Shown one piece after another: positions 9,666 through 19,758 of a DNA stretch of 64,000 nt (the stretch's first letter is position 1; every line of letters begins with the position of its first letter). Origin of the DNA: Promethearchaeota archaeon (lineage in GTDB: Archaea > Asgardarchaeota > Lokiarchaeia > Sigyniarchaeales > SOKP01); the NCBI GenBank assembly GCA_019058445.1, contig JAHPZA010000009.1, positions 646,410-710,409 on the forward strand. Reading direction: 5' to 3'. A model generated the notes under the pieces. That model made no database searches, had not been told where the DNA came from, and saw nothing but the letters and a program-made list of their open reading frames with translations. Position numbers and translations under genes: made by a program.

Positions 9666-10181
9666 TTTCTAATAAAAATGTTAAATATTAATAATTTAAA
9701 TTTTCTAAAAAATTTTTCTTTTATTTGTTTATTGAATAAATAGTAAATAAGACTATAATTTATTCCAATTAATCATACTAAAACTATTTTTATATTAATA
9801 AAATTACAGATAGATTTTTATTCTAATAAAATCATATATTTACTTGGATTACATATAAAAGAGAAGATACTTAAAAAAAATATTTTGGCTAATAAAACTT
9901 TTTGTAAAACCCCTAGCCGAAATCAAAACCCCGTGAAGCTGTGGCCCATAATGCTATGGCTCGGGAAACTGAAAAAAAAAAACTTATTATATATCTTCCG
10001 ATTATATGTAATCCACTCTTTTCATAGAATTCTTTTAATATATATACTTCAATTGGTTTTCTCATATCAAACGTAAAGTCCTAATTTAAGCTTTTTTATT
10101 TCCTATTTAAATTAATATATTATCATAATATAGCTATTTAAACGGATTTGATTTTAAAAATTAATTACCTAAATCATTATA

Positions 10182-11396
10182 TTAAGATCTTTTTCGATAC
10201 TTTTCATAAACTTCCATAAAATACTTATCACTCATTCCAGCGATAAAATCTCTCACAATTAAAGGTAATTCATTTCTTTTTTTATGAAATTTATAATATG
10301 TAGAATAATTAGCATCATCAATATATTCTACATGATCTCTGAAAATCACAGAATTATAATTTTCCCTTTCAAGATCTTTTAATGAGTTTTCAAAAATCAA
10401 TTCAAACTTCTTAGCTAACTCTTCTTTAAAAGAAATCTGTGATGAATTATCAATAAGTAAATCGCGCCGATTATATATCTTTTCATAATTAAATTGTTTC
10501 AAACCTTTTAAAGCTTCAAAAATCTCCTCACTATAGCCAATGTTATCATTGTCTAAACTGAAAGTTAATAAATCCATTATTAAGGTATTTAGTATTTTTC
10601 GGTTTGTGTCTCCAAGGACTTTTTTACAATTCTCAGGGATATCTTTTCTTTTAATATACTTTAATAATATAGCGTCTTCGATATCTCTTCCTATATAAGA
10701 AATTGCATCTGCGAAGCGTACAGCTATACCCTCATAACTCAGGGGAATTCTTTTAATCTTATTTTCATTAAAGCAGTCCTCATATTCTTTAAAGTGATCT
10801 TCCCACGTTTTTCCATTTACTTTTTTAGGTTTTAGTTCCTGTTCATTGATTTCGCCATCATGGCAGAGTACTCCATCAAGGGTTTGTAGAGTTAAATTTA
10901 AACCTTTTGCTGGTTTTTTCGGGAACCTCTTTTCAAGATAAGCAAGCCAGCGTATGCTCTGAGCATTATGCATAAATTTTTTTAAATTATATTTTTGGCT
11001 AATTTTATCTAAGATCTCTTCACCTACATGGCCATAAGGAGAATGACCTATATCATGGGCTAAAGCGATACTCTCGATTAAATCTAAATTGAGCTTCAAA
11101 ACTCTCCCAATCTGTCTTGCCACTCTAGAAACTATGATGACATGAAGAGATCTATGGGCTATATTAGCATTTATTATATCAAAAAACACTTGAGTTTTAT
11201 CGATATATCTCGCATAAGCTTTGCTATGCACTATTCGATCTACATCGCGAAAAAAGGGCGGTCTTATATCTTTATATTCTTTGTCATCCTCCTCATCATA
11301 GTATCTAACTGCCTGTGAATCTAAAATTCCGTGCACACCAATATCGCTATCTCTCCCCAAACGTAGTCGTAACTGGTCAATTTTATTATGATCCAT
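10182..11396 (-). CDS. HD-domain dNTP triphosphohydrolase (dGTPase-like)
   Basis: Motifs RPPFFRDVDRIVHS, KTQVF, HRSLH, AHDIGHSPYGHVGE, ADAISY...DIED and DFIAGMSD. Confidence 0.9.
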   Translation of the reverse strand: MDHNKIDQLRLRLGRDSDIGVHGILDSQAVRYYDEEDDKEYKDIRPPFFRDVDRIVHSKAYARYIDKTQVFFDIINANIAHRSLHVIIVSRVARQIGRVLKLNLDLIESIALAHDIGHSPYGHVGEEILDKISQKYNLKKFMHNAQSIRWLAYLEKRFPKKPAKGLNLTLQTLDGVLCHDGEINEQELKPKKVNGKTWEDHFKEYEDCFNENKIKRIPLSYEGIAVRFADAISYIGRDIEDAILLKYIKRKDIPENCKKVLGDTNRKILNTLIMDLLTFSLDNDNIGYSEEIFEALKGLKQFNYEKIYNRRDLLIDNSSQISFKEELAKKFELIFENSLKDLERENYNSVIFRDHVEYIDDANYSTYYKFHKKRNELPLIVRDFIAGMSDKYFMEVYEKYRKRS

Positions 11397-11465
11397 TAGA
11401 ATTATTCCGCCATATTCATTTCAAATAATAAAGTTCAATTCTGATTTTTTTAATAAGATCATTTC

Positions 11466-12392
11466 TTACCCAAATCGTAATTCCACTGCGTTGTAAGGGC
11501 AAGATTCTAAGCATTTCAAACAAAGATTACACTCACCATTTCCAGTAAAAAATTCAAAGGGTTCATCTAATATTCTAATTTGCTTTGGGCACACTCTTTC
11601 ACATATACCACATTCCGCTCTACCTACACAGCGTACTGGACTCCGCGATAATTTTAAAAATGAATAATCGCTAATCGCGGCGGTTATTGCTCCGAATGGA
11701 CATAAATATCTACAATATGCTCGAGGATAATACACCGCAACAATAAGCACAATTAAATAAAATGCAAACATAACAAATACCGTAAACTCCGTAAAAAGAG
11801 GATCAATTTTCTCTTGTTCCCACATTTCTTCAACCATTTTTGGAAAAAAGACAAAAAGATATTCTGAAAGGGAAAAATACCCTACAGGATTTCGTGCTAT
11901 ATCTCCTAAAGCATTTTTATAATCGTTATGGAAATCCTTATCTGTTATTTTTGTAAAACCTAAGGGAACGATTATTAATAATAATAAAATAACAATTAGA
12001 TATTTTAAACTCAATAGTGTTTTGTGCGTTTCAATGCCAACTTTTTTTTTTTGGGTTGGAAAAGCAGCTAATCCATCTTGTATCGTTCCAATAGGGCAAA
12101 TCCAACCACAGAAAAATCGATTTGAAAACAATACTATTAATATTAAGATTCCTAAAAGTAAAAATGGAAATTCTCCTTCTGCGATAAAATAAAATAAAAA
12201 TTCTGCAAAACCAGCTCCCTTTGATAGTGGATTTTCTGGGGCCGCAAGAATAGGAAGTACTTTTACAAAAGGTTCAAAGCTTTTCAAATTAAGAAGGAAA
12301 ATGAATTCAAGAATCACATAATTGATAAACACAAATGAAATAAACTGGACTATTCTTCGAGGTATCGTGTATCTATGTTCTTTTAAGGTCAA
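11466..12392 (-). CDS. Membrane 4Fe-4S protein, NapH/MauN-like
   Basis: RFFCGWICPIG and YCRYLCPFG motifs plus two C-terminal ferredoxin CxxCxxxCP motifs. Confidence 0.88.
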   Translation of the reverse strand: MTLKEHRYTIPRRIVQFISFVFINYVILEFIFLLNLKSFEPFVKVLPILAAPENPLSKGAGFAEFLFYFIAEGEFPFLLLGILILIVLFSNRFFCGWICPIGTIQDGLAAFPTQKKKVGIETHKTLLSLKYLIVILLLLIIVPLGFTKITDKDFHNDYKNALGDIARNPVGYFSLSEYLFVFFPKMVEEMWEQEKIDPLFTEFTVFVMFAFYLIVLIVAVYYPRAYCRYLCPFGAITAAISDYSFLKLSRSPVRCVGRAECGICERVCPKQIRILDEPFEFFTGNGECNLCLKCLESCPYNAVELRFG

Positions 12393-12510
12393 GAGAAATT
12401 CACATAGTTAGAAATTTTAAGATAATAAATAATTACTATTTAAAAAAATTAAGTTTTACCCTAAATTTCAAAATTTATCATTTGGAAAAATGAGAATATT
12501 GTAGTAAAAA

Positions 12511-14421
12511 TTATTTTAAGATAAGTGTTTCACGATTTTTAGGCGCTTTAGTAGCTTTTCTCAGTTTTTTATGGATCATAGTGCTTAATGAAACACACTT
12601 GCTCTCCTCACCATGGTTTGTGATAACAATTTTTGGTCTAGGTTGAATTCTTCTTAAGAACTGAGATATTTGACTCCTTGACGAATGTCCACTAAAACCT
12701 TCCAGTGTAAAAACATTAAGATTTAATTTTACTAATTGAGTTCTTCCTTTTGCATCGATATATTGAAATTCTCGGAAACCTCGTTGTATTCGATTTCCTA
12801 ATGTCCCAGATACTTGATAAGAAACGAATATTAGAGCATTACTTTTATCATTTGCTAATCCTTTTAAATATTGGACAGAAGGACCTCCAATTAGCATTCC
12901 GCTTGTTGCCATAATAATACAAGGGCCTCCTTTTAATACATCTAATCTCTCCTCATGAGATGTTATGGTAGTAAAAAAATCACTTAAAAAGGGATTTTTA
13001 CCTTGATGTAATATTTTTTCCCGAAGATCACTACTAAGAAAATCTGGATTAGCGGTGTGAATAGCTGTCGCCTCGCTAATTAATCCATCAAGAAAAACAG
13101 GAACATTCTCAATCACACCCTTAGAAATAAATTCTTCTAAGATTATAATTAGTTCTTGTGCCCTCCCTACAGCTAATACGGGAATTAATATTTTTCCTCC
13201 TTTGTTAATCGTTGAATTTAAGATCTGTTTAAGTTCTCTTTCTGATTCATGTCTACTAGGAATTCGATCTTGGGGCCCACCATAAGTAGCTTCAAGCAGT
13301 AAGCTTTCAACCCGAGGGAATTTAACATTTGCCTTTTCTAACAGTCGTGTTTTTTGAAATTTAAAATCTCCGGTATAAACAAAATTGTACCCTCCTTTTC
13401 CAAAGTGTAAATGTACAATTGAAGAGCCTAAAATATGGCCAGAATTATGGAGTGTTAATTTAATATCTGGAGCGATATCAGTTACTTTACCCCATGAAAG
13501 AGGAATAGTATGAAGAACTGTTGTTTTAACATCTCTCTTAGAATAAGGACTAATAATCCCTTCTTTCTCACATATTTGGACATAGTCTAATTGGAGCATC
13601 GTAGATAAGTTTCTGGTAGGTAATGTGCAATATACAGGCCCCCGGTATCCATACTTAAATAAAAAAGGTACTAGTCCACAATGATCTAAATGTGCATGAG
13701 AAACGATTATCGCATCTAAATCTCGAACAGAAAATTCGGGTATATCAAAAAAGGGATATTTTTCATTCGGATTTCCCACATTTAATCCGCAATCAAGTAA
13801 GACATTACTGTCTCTGGTTTGCATAAGTATACAAGACCTCCCTACTTCTCGAAATCCCCCTAAAGAAGTCATACGGACATATAGATCATTAAAAAGAATT
13901 GGACGATGTATTCTTTTCCCAATTCTTAATAAAATTTCCTTCTGAGTTTTTCTTTCTTGTTTAAGCATCCCTCTAATTAATTGGATTGTCCGTGATGCTA
14001 ATGGAGGAGTTCTTATCGTTTTAGGTTGCCAAAAGGTATTTGCTCGTATTTCTTTTAAATTAACTCCTTTTTTTCCGATCACAAGCCCCGGTTTACCCGA
14101 TTCAATTATGACTTCACCTCTAGTGTGATCGAATTCCATGGCCGATATTTCAGCTTCTTCACCTACTAAATTCTTTATATAATCTTCTGTTTCGTTCGGA
14201 TCTTTTCTTTTTTCTACATTCCATCGAAATACAACTCTTTTCCTCATAATTTTTGCAAGATCCTTGAGAACAGTTGAATTCTCATCAATGCTCAAATCAC
14301 TATTTTCGGAATAAACCGCAATTTCAGGACCTTCAAATTCAATTTTTTGTACTTTTACTTCTTGAGGAAGATTAGAGATGATTTCATCCTTAATTCTTTG
14401 TAATTCACTCTCAAAGCTCAT
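12511..14421 (-). CDS. fttA: Beta-CASP ribonuclease aCPSF1 / transcription termination factor FttA
   Basis: N-terminal KH domains (KPGLVIGKKG), LGGFREVGRS, SHAHLDH, GHILGS, FSGH and HGE. Confidence 0.95.
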   Translation of the reverse strand: MSFESELQRIKDEIISNLPQEVKVQKIEFEGPEIAVYSENSDLSIDENSTVLKDLAKIMRKRVVFRWNVEKRKDPNETEDYIKNLVGEEAEISAMEFDHTRGEVIIESGKPGLVIGKKGVNLKEIRANTFWQPKTIRTPPLASRTIQLIRGMLKQERKTQKEILLRIGKRIHRPILFNDLYVRMTSLGGFREVGRSCILMQTRDSNVLLDCGLNVGNPNEKYPFFDIPEFSVRDLDAIIVSHAHLDHCGLVPFLFKYGYRGPVYCTLPTRNLSTMLQLDYVQICEKEGIISPYSKRDVKTTVLHTIPLSWGKVTDIAPDIKLTLHNSGHILGSSIVHLHFGKGGYNFVYTGDFKFQKTRLLEKANVKFPRVESLLLEATYGGPQDRIPSRHESERELKQILNSTINKGGKILIPVLAVGRAQELIIILEEFISKGVIENVPVFLDGLISEATAIHTANPDFLSSDLREKILHQGKNPFLSDFFTTITSHEERLDVLKGGPCIIMATSGMLIGGPSVQYLKGLANDKSNALIFVSYQVSGTLGNRIQRGFREFQYIDAKGRTQLVKLNLNVFTLEGFSGHSSRSQISQFLRRIQPRPKIVITNHGEESKCVSLSTMIHKKLRKATKAPKNRETLILK

Positions 14422-14805
14422 TATTATAACTCTCCTTTAAATAAGTAATTAAAATATCAAATACCGATGATTTTTATCATAAAATAATCATTTAAAGTAC
14501 GTTCTAAAATTTTTATTCATATTTATACTATGAAATTTATTTGGATATGAAGATATTTAGATTATTTTTTACTTCTGGTTTTAAATAAACGAGATATTAT
14601 AATTCTCTTACTAACTTTTATTTATAAGAGAATTTAGTTAAAAAATAATTTCTATATTTCTAAGTTTATTATACTAATTTTCAAATAAAAACCTTTTGAT
14701 TATTTAATATTAGGGGAAAGAATCACATACCTAGTAAATTGGTGGAATAGCAAAACTTCTGAACGATGAGAGAAAGTTTTTTTTAAAGTATTAATTAGGG
14801 AATGT

Positions 14806-15438
14806 ATGATAAAAGTAAAAATTGGAGCAATTGCATCGGGTTCGGGATCGAACTTTGAAGCAATAGTTAAATCAACTGAAAATGGGATTTTAAAAGATAA
14901 AGCGATTGTTGAAGTATTAATCTGTAATAAAGCTGGAGCATACTGTATGGAAAGAGCTAAAAATCATAATATCCCAAGCGTGTTGATTGAATCTAATAAA
15001 CATAAGGGTAACAGAGAAGAATTCGATGCAAAATTTATTGAAGTCCTTGATAAATATGAATGTGAATTAATTATTCTTGCAGGATATATGCGGTTCGTTT
15101 CCGCAATGTTCATTAACCATTTTAAGGGAAACGTTATGAATATCCATCCATCATTATTGCCTTCTTTTAAAGGAATGCATGCCCATAGAGATGTATTAGA
15201 TTATGGAGTGAAAGTAACTGGATGCACCGTACATTTTGTAGATCCACATGAAGATCATGGTCCTATAATAATGCAAAAATGTGTAAAGGTTTATGATAAT
15301 GATACAGAAGACACCCTTGGACCACGGGTATTAGAATGGGAGCACAAGGTCTTTCCTAAATGTATTGAACTTTATTGTGATAAAAGACTACATATTGAAG
15401 GGCGAATAGTAAAGATCGATGGAGAGGTAAAATTATAA
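14806..15438 (+). CDS. purN: Phosphoribosylglycinamide formyltransferase
   Basis: Motifs SGSGSNF, LAGYMR, NIHPSLLPSFKG and GCTVHFV...DHGPII. Confidence 0.95.
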   Translation: MIKVKIGAIASGSGSNFEAIVKSTENGILKDKAIVEVLICNKAGAYCMERAKNHNIPSVLIESNKHKGNREEFDAKFIEVLDKYECELIILAGYMRFVSAMFINHFKGNVMNIHPSLLPSFKGMHAHRDVLDYGVKVTGCTVHFVDPHEDHGPIIMQKCVKVYDNDTEDTLGPRVLEWEHKVFPKCIELYCDKRLHIEGRIVKIDGEVKL

Positions 15439-15462
15439 ATTCCTTTCTAAATATTTTCTAAT

Positions 15463-15549
15463 GGGGAATGATTTTCGTGTGCTTTCTGACCCAACTGAGA
15501 TAAGGCTTTATCGATGAAGAAGATCTTGAGTAGCTAAAAATCATTTCCC
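15463..15549 (+). ncRNA. Candidate structured small RNA with an internal D'/C'-type K-turn
   Basis: 13-bp terminal stem GGGGAATGATTTT/AAAATCATTTCCC (one G-U pair, favouring the + strand) enclosing CTGA-GATAA..TTATC-GATGAAGA. Confidence 0.45.
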
Positions 15550-15639
15550 GCCTTATAATAGCTTTTATTTTTGGAATAAATTATTAAATTTTGTAATTAT
15601 TGAAGTAGTTAAGTAGAATCGAAAAAATAGAATCTTTAT

Positions 15640-17145
15640 ATGGCTGTTTATTATTTTTTGTCTGTGGAATGTGGCCCTTCAGAGGATTTATCATTGAACG
15701 TATGTAATTACTTTACAGACAAGATATTAAAATTAACTGATGGAACCAAAGTATCCCTTCAATGCAGCTACGGGAAAGATAAAATTGGAAATTATTGGGT
15801 TGAAGTCATCCCCGAAGGGGTTAACTATGGAAGTCCATCGGGGAGTGATTATCGATTAGTGGATTATTTTACAGGAGAAATAACACAGCAATTATATGAT
15901 TTACTTAAGATTGCTCCTCATTTTAGATATGCGCTAGCAGGATATGAAGTAGAATTCTTTATTTTATTCAAGGAATTAGCAAAATGCTTGGAAGATGGTT
16001 GCTATGAGGGAATGATTTTATCTGAAGAACTTTGGAAGAAATTTGGTAAATCTGATATGTATGTACCATTCTGCAAAGGGTTTATGTGGTATCCATTTTC
16101 AGAATTATCTGTAGTGGGCCAAGAGAGTTGGTTTAAAAAATATTCTTTACAAAAAGAATTTCATGTGAATGATTATATTACTTTAAGACTTGAGAATGGT
16201 GATTCTAATGTATTTGTCCAAGATAAAATAATAATACAATGTAAGCATTTGTTGTTGAACCAGATGCAATCAGAAAATGCAAATCATTTTGAATTTAAGT
16301 CCACTGATGAGATTGAGGAATTATTTGTAAGTTCATCTGAGAGCGATGAGCTTATCTCAATTGATACAGAGTTCTGGGGACATTGTTCCAATCTTCAAGC
16401 TTGGGCTGAAAATGAATACAATACAAATTTGTTAGATAAATCAATTGCTTTTCCTACATTAAAAAGATTAACTAAAGTAGGTGACAAAGTAGCTAAAAGA
16501 GTTTTCAAGGAAGAAGTCAGAAAAAGACTAAAAAGTAACTTCTTACCTGTTATAATTTTCTTAATCCATGATGCTTATCATCGAATTTTTTCAGATGAGG
16601 AGTTAAGACTAATTGTTGACAGACTACATGAATATATTAAAACCTTGAGTTTAGAAGAGAAAAATAGATGGAATAAACAAATTTCCGAAGCATTTAGAAA
16701 TTCAATATATATAAGATCCCGTATTGAGGGAAGGAACGATGATTTTACAATAACACAGTGTAGAATTGCACTTGAATTTGATGAAAAAAATACACATGCT
16801 TGGTATGAATTGGCACTTTCATACCAATTTAAAAAAAATTTTGATAAAGCCGAAGAGTATTATAAACGTGCTATAAGTATTAGTCCCGAAGATACAATAT
16901 CACTAGGAAATCTCTGTGAAATATATATTCAACGAGAAAGATATCAAGATGTGATAGATCTTTTAGAAAATAATTTAAGTGAAGATACTCTCCATTCTCG
17001 CTTATGGTTTTTACTTGCAACGGTGTATTACAAGCTAGGGGATTTAAATAAAGCTTTTAAATACATAAATATAAGCTATGATAATTATCCTTATGATCAA
17101 AAAGTAGAGAAATTAAAACACGAAATTTCGAGGAAACTTACCTAA
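15640..17145 (+). CDS. TPR protein with a Loki-type conserved central domain
   Basis: Central module ITLRLE...QCKHLLL...EFWGHCSNLQAWAEN...AFP.LKRL; C-terminal TPRs (AWYELA..Y....FDKAEEYYKRAI). Confidence 0.75.
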   Translation: MAVYYFLSVECGPSEDLSLNVCNYFTDKILKLTDGTKVSLQCSYGKDKIGNYWVEVIPEGVNYGSPSGSDYRLVDYFTGEITQQLYDLLKIAPHFRYALAGYEVEFFILFKELAKCLEDGCYEGMILSEELWKKFGKSDMYVPFCKGFMWYPFSELSVVGQESWFKKYSLQKEFHVNDYITLRLENGDSNVFVQDKIIIQCKHLLLNQMQSENANHFEFKSTDEIEELFVSSSESDELISIDTEFWGHCSNLQAWAENEYNTNLLDKSIAFPTLKRLTKVGDKVAKRVFKEEVRKRLKSNFLPVIIFLIHDAYHRIFSDEELRLIVDRLHEYIKTLSLEEKNRWNKQISEAFRNSIYIRSRIEGRNDDFTITQCRIALEFDEKNTHAWYELALSYQFKKNFDKAEEYYKRAISISPEDTISLGNLCEIYIQRERYQDVIDLLENNLSEDTLHSRLWFLLATVYYKLGDLNKAFKYINISYDNYPYDQKVEKLKHEISRKLT

Positions 17146-17197
17146 AATTTTAATCCAAATATACTTTTGAATACTTAATAAGAGAGCTTCTTAAAAA

Positions 17198-19387
17198 ATG
17201 CCACCTAGGAAAGAGATTGCAGAAATTCTCAAGTTAATGGAGAAAACTGCTAATATCAGAAACATAGGATTTGTAGGTCATATTGACCACGGTAAAACCA
17301 CACTATCTGATTCTCTCTTGAGCGAAGCAGGTTTATTAAGCCCAGACTTAGCAGGTGAGGCTCGTGCTTTAGATTTTCTCGAGGAAGAGCAAAAGCGAGG
17401 CATCACAATGAAATCTGCTAACATTTCATTGTATTATGAGAAATCTCTTGAGGGCCATGAACCTTTTCTTATTAATCTTGTAGATACTCCTGGTCATTTA
17501 GATTTTAGTGGAAAAGTTACAAGGGCTTTAAGACTCGTAGACGGCGTGGTTGTGGTTGTAGATGCGGTCGAGGAGATAATTACGCAATCTGAGACTGTAA
17601 TTAAACAAGCTTTACAAGAAGGAGTTAAACCAGCACTTTTCATTAATAAAGTTGATAGATTAATTAGAGAGTTAAAGCTTACAGATAAAGATATTAGAAA
17701 AAAGTATATTAGAATCATTAATGACTTCAATACATTAATAGAAAGGTATGCGACCCCACCATTTAATAAAGAATGGAAGGTTTCTCCTGCCGAGGGAAAT
17801 GTAGCGTTTGGTTCTGCCCTTCATAAATGGGGATTTACCGCTAAAATCATGGAAGAAAGTGATCTTAAGTTTAGCGATATTAAATCGCGCTATCAGAAAG
17901 AAACTTATTCTAAAGACTCGTATAGTGATTTGCAAATTTATCTTCCAATACATAGGGCTATATTAGAAATGGTCGTTGATCATCTCCCAAATCCTAATGA
18001 GGCTCAAAACTACAGGATTAAGAAGATTTATGAAGGTGATTTGGATTCTGAAGTTGGAAAAGCCATGATTAAATGTGATCCTAATGGTCCATTAGTTATT
18101 TGTTTAAGTAAAGTTCAAGCAGATAAACATGGTCTTGTCGCAACTGGGCGAATTTTTTCTGGGAAATGTCCAAAAAAAAAGGAAATATTTCTTTTAAGAG
18201 AAAATAATTATGAAACTATTCAGAGAATCGCAATATTCATGGGTCAAAGAAGAGAACAAGTCGACGAGATTCCTGTGGGAAACATTGTTGCTATAGAAGG
18301 CCTTAAAAAGGTTAAGAGTGGGGAAACTATTGTCGAATCTAATTATCTAGAACAAATAGTTCCTTTTGAAAATGTGAAATATGTTACAACTCCCGTCGTA
18401 ACTGCTTCAATTGAGCCTGATTACTTACGTGATTTAGACAAAATGAAAGAACTCATCGAAAACTTGTTAATTGAGGATCCTAATTTAAAATTCGAAGTTA
18501 ATGAAGAAAATGGAGAATTCTTATTATCTGGGATGGGCCCACTGCATCTTGAAATCAGCACTAATGAGTTAGGAAAAAGGGGAGTGCCCGTCTCGATCTC
18601 TGAACCAAGAGCAGTATTTAAAGAGTCATGCAAATACCATTCAACATCAATTAAAGCAGTATCTCCCAATGGTAAAAATTCACTTGAACTTAAAATAGAA
18701 AGACTGGATGAAAAATCTGTGAGATTTTTTCAAACTGCAGACTACCACTCTATTAAACCTATTAGCAGATTAAAAGAAGTAATGAGAGAAAAAACTGGCC
18801 TAAATGACACTGAGATCCAAAAATATTGGAAAACTGACGAAGATCAAAATGTTTTAATTTATTTAGGAAATTCGGAGTTAAATGATTTATATAAAGATCT
18901 GATTCTAAAAATAATAGAAAAAATACATTTAAATGGCCCCCTCTGCGGAGAAAAATTAACCAAAATTAAAATTTTAATTAATGAATTAAATGGCAGTGAA
19001 TTAGATGAGGAAGGTGCTTTCACGGAATTATCTGCCATGTTCTATGATGCTATAAAACAAGGATTATCTGAAAGCGATTTAATTCTATTAGAGCCTATAT
19101 ATCATACTATTATCCAACTTCCTCCAGATTATATCAAAAATGTACTCACTATTCTTTCAAAATACTCCGCTAAAATTAAGACTATAGACCAAGAAAAAGA
19201 ATATCAAGCTATAATTGAAATTTTGTTACCAGTAAGGAATTCTATTAAATTTGCGGAGGATATTAGGTCAGCAACTTCGGGAAGGGCCTTCTGGCAAAAT
19301 GAATTTTATGCATTTATGGAAGTTCCTAAACACGAGTTAAAAACAATAATTAGTAATTTACGTTTTATAAAAGGGCTTTCTTGGTAA
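17198..19387 (+). CDS. fusA: Elongation factor 2 paralogue (aEF-2p type, no diphthamide motif)
   Basis: G motifs GHIDHGKTT, RGITMKS, DTPGH and NKVD, plus GMGPLHL and IRSATSGRAFW; domain IV lacks HxDxxHRG. Confidence 0.9.
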   Translation: MPPRKEIAEILKLMEKTANIRNIGFVGHIDHGKTTLSDSLLSEAGLLSPDLAGEARALDFLEEEQKRGITMKSANISLYYEKSLEGHEPFLINLVDTPGHLDFSGKVTRALRLVDGVVVVVDAVEEIITQSETVIKQALQEGVKPALFINKVDRLIRELKLTDKDIRKKYIRIINDFNTLIERYATPPFNKEWKVSPAEGNVAFGSALHKWGFTAKIMEESDLKFSDIKSRYQKETYSKDSYSDLQIYLPIHRAILEMVVDHLPNPNEAQNYRIKKIYEGDLDSEVGKAMIKCDPNGPLVICLSKVQADKHGLVATGRIFSGKCPKKKEIFLLRENNYETIQRIAIFMGQRREQVDEIPVGNIVAIEGLKKVKSGETIVESNYLEQIVPFENVKYVTTPVVTASIEPDYLRDLDKMKELIENLLIEDPNLKFEVNEENGEFLLSGMGPLHLEISTNELGKRGVPVSISEPRAVFKESCKYHSTSIKAVSPNGKNSLELKIERLDEKSVRFFQTADYHSIKPISRLKEVMREKTGLNDTEIQKYWKTDEDQNVLIYLGNSELNDLYKDLILKIIEKIHLNGPLCGEKLTKIKILINELNGSELDEEGAFTELSAMFYDAIKQGLSESDLILLEPIYHTIIQLPPDYIKNVLTILSKYSAKIKTIDQEKEYQAIIEILLPVRNSIKFAEDIRSATSGRAFWQNEFYAFMEVPKHELKTIISNLRFIKGLSW

Positions 19388-19399
19388 AAAATTAAAAGA

Positions 19400-19470
19400 T
19401 GCGCCCACCGGGAATTGAACCCGGGTCCTCAGGTTGGGAACCTGAGATTCTACCACTATACTACGAGCGC
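19400..19470 (-). tRNA. tRNA-Gly(CCC)
   Basis: Acceptor stem GCGCTCG/TGGGCGC, anticodon arm TCAGG-TTCCCAA-CCTGA, T arm CCGGG-TTCAATT-CCCGG. Confidence 0.95.
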
Positions 19471-19758
19471 TTTTTTATTAATAAATAGTATATTAAATTA
19501 GTATGATATTCTAATTAAGTTTTTTCTGATTTCCGTAACCTCTTTTGCCTATTTACATGAGTAAAAATTATGTTAGGGTGTAAACTATTGATTATAACTA
19601 TAATTAAAATATAAATTATCGACTATAACTCTGCTTGGTCCTTATATATTAAGCAAAAACTTTATTAACAACTTTTTTATTTAGTTTTATGGATAAAAAA
19701 TCTGTGAAAAAGTATTATTTAATTTATTTTTTCGAAAAATTCCAGGGTGGATTGAAAA

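Noticed and set aside
9885-10076. 63-aa ORF, and a tRNA-Sec reading of the GC-rich patch (CTTCA on the minus strand)
   Set aside because: The ORF has a TTG start and no protein features; the patch gives no cloverleaf, T-loop or long variable arm.
15463-15549. TPP riboswitch (CTGAGA) or hammerhead ribozyme
   Set aside because: The other conserved TPP and hammerhead core elements are missing, and the element lies 3' of purN.
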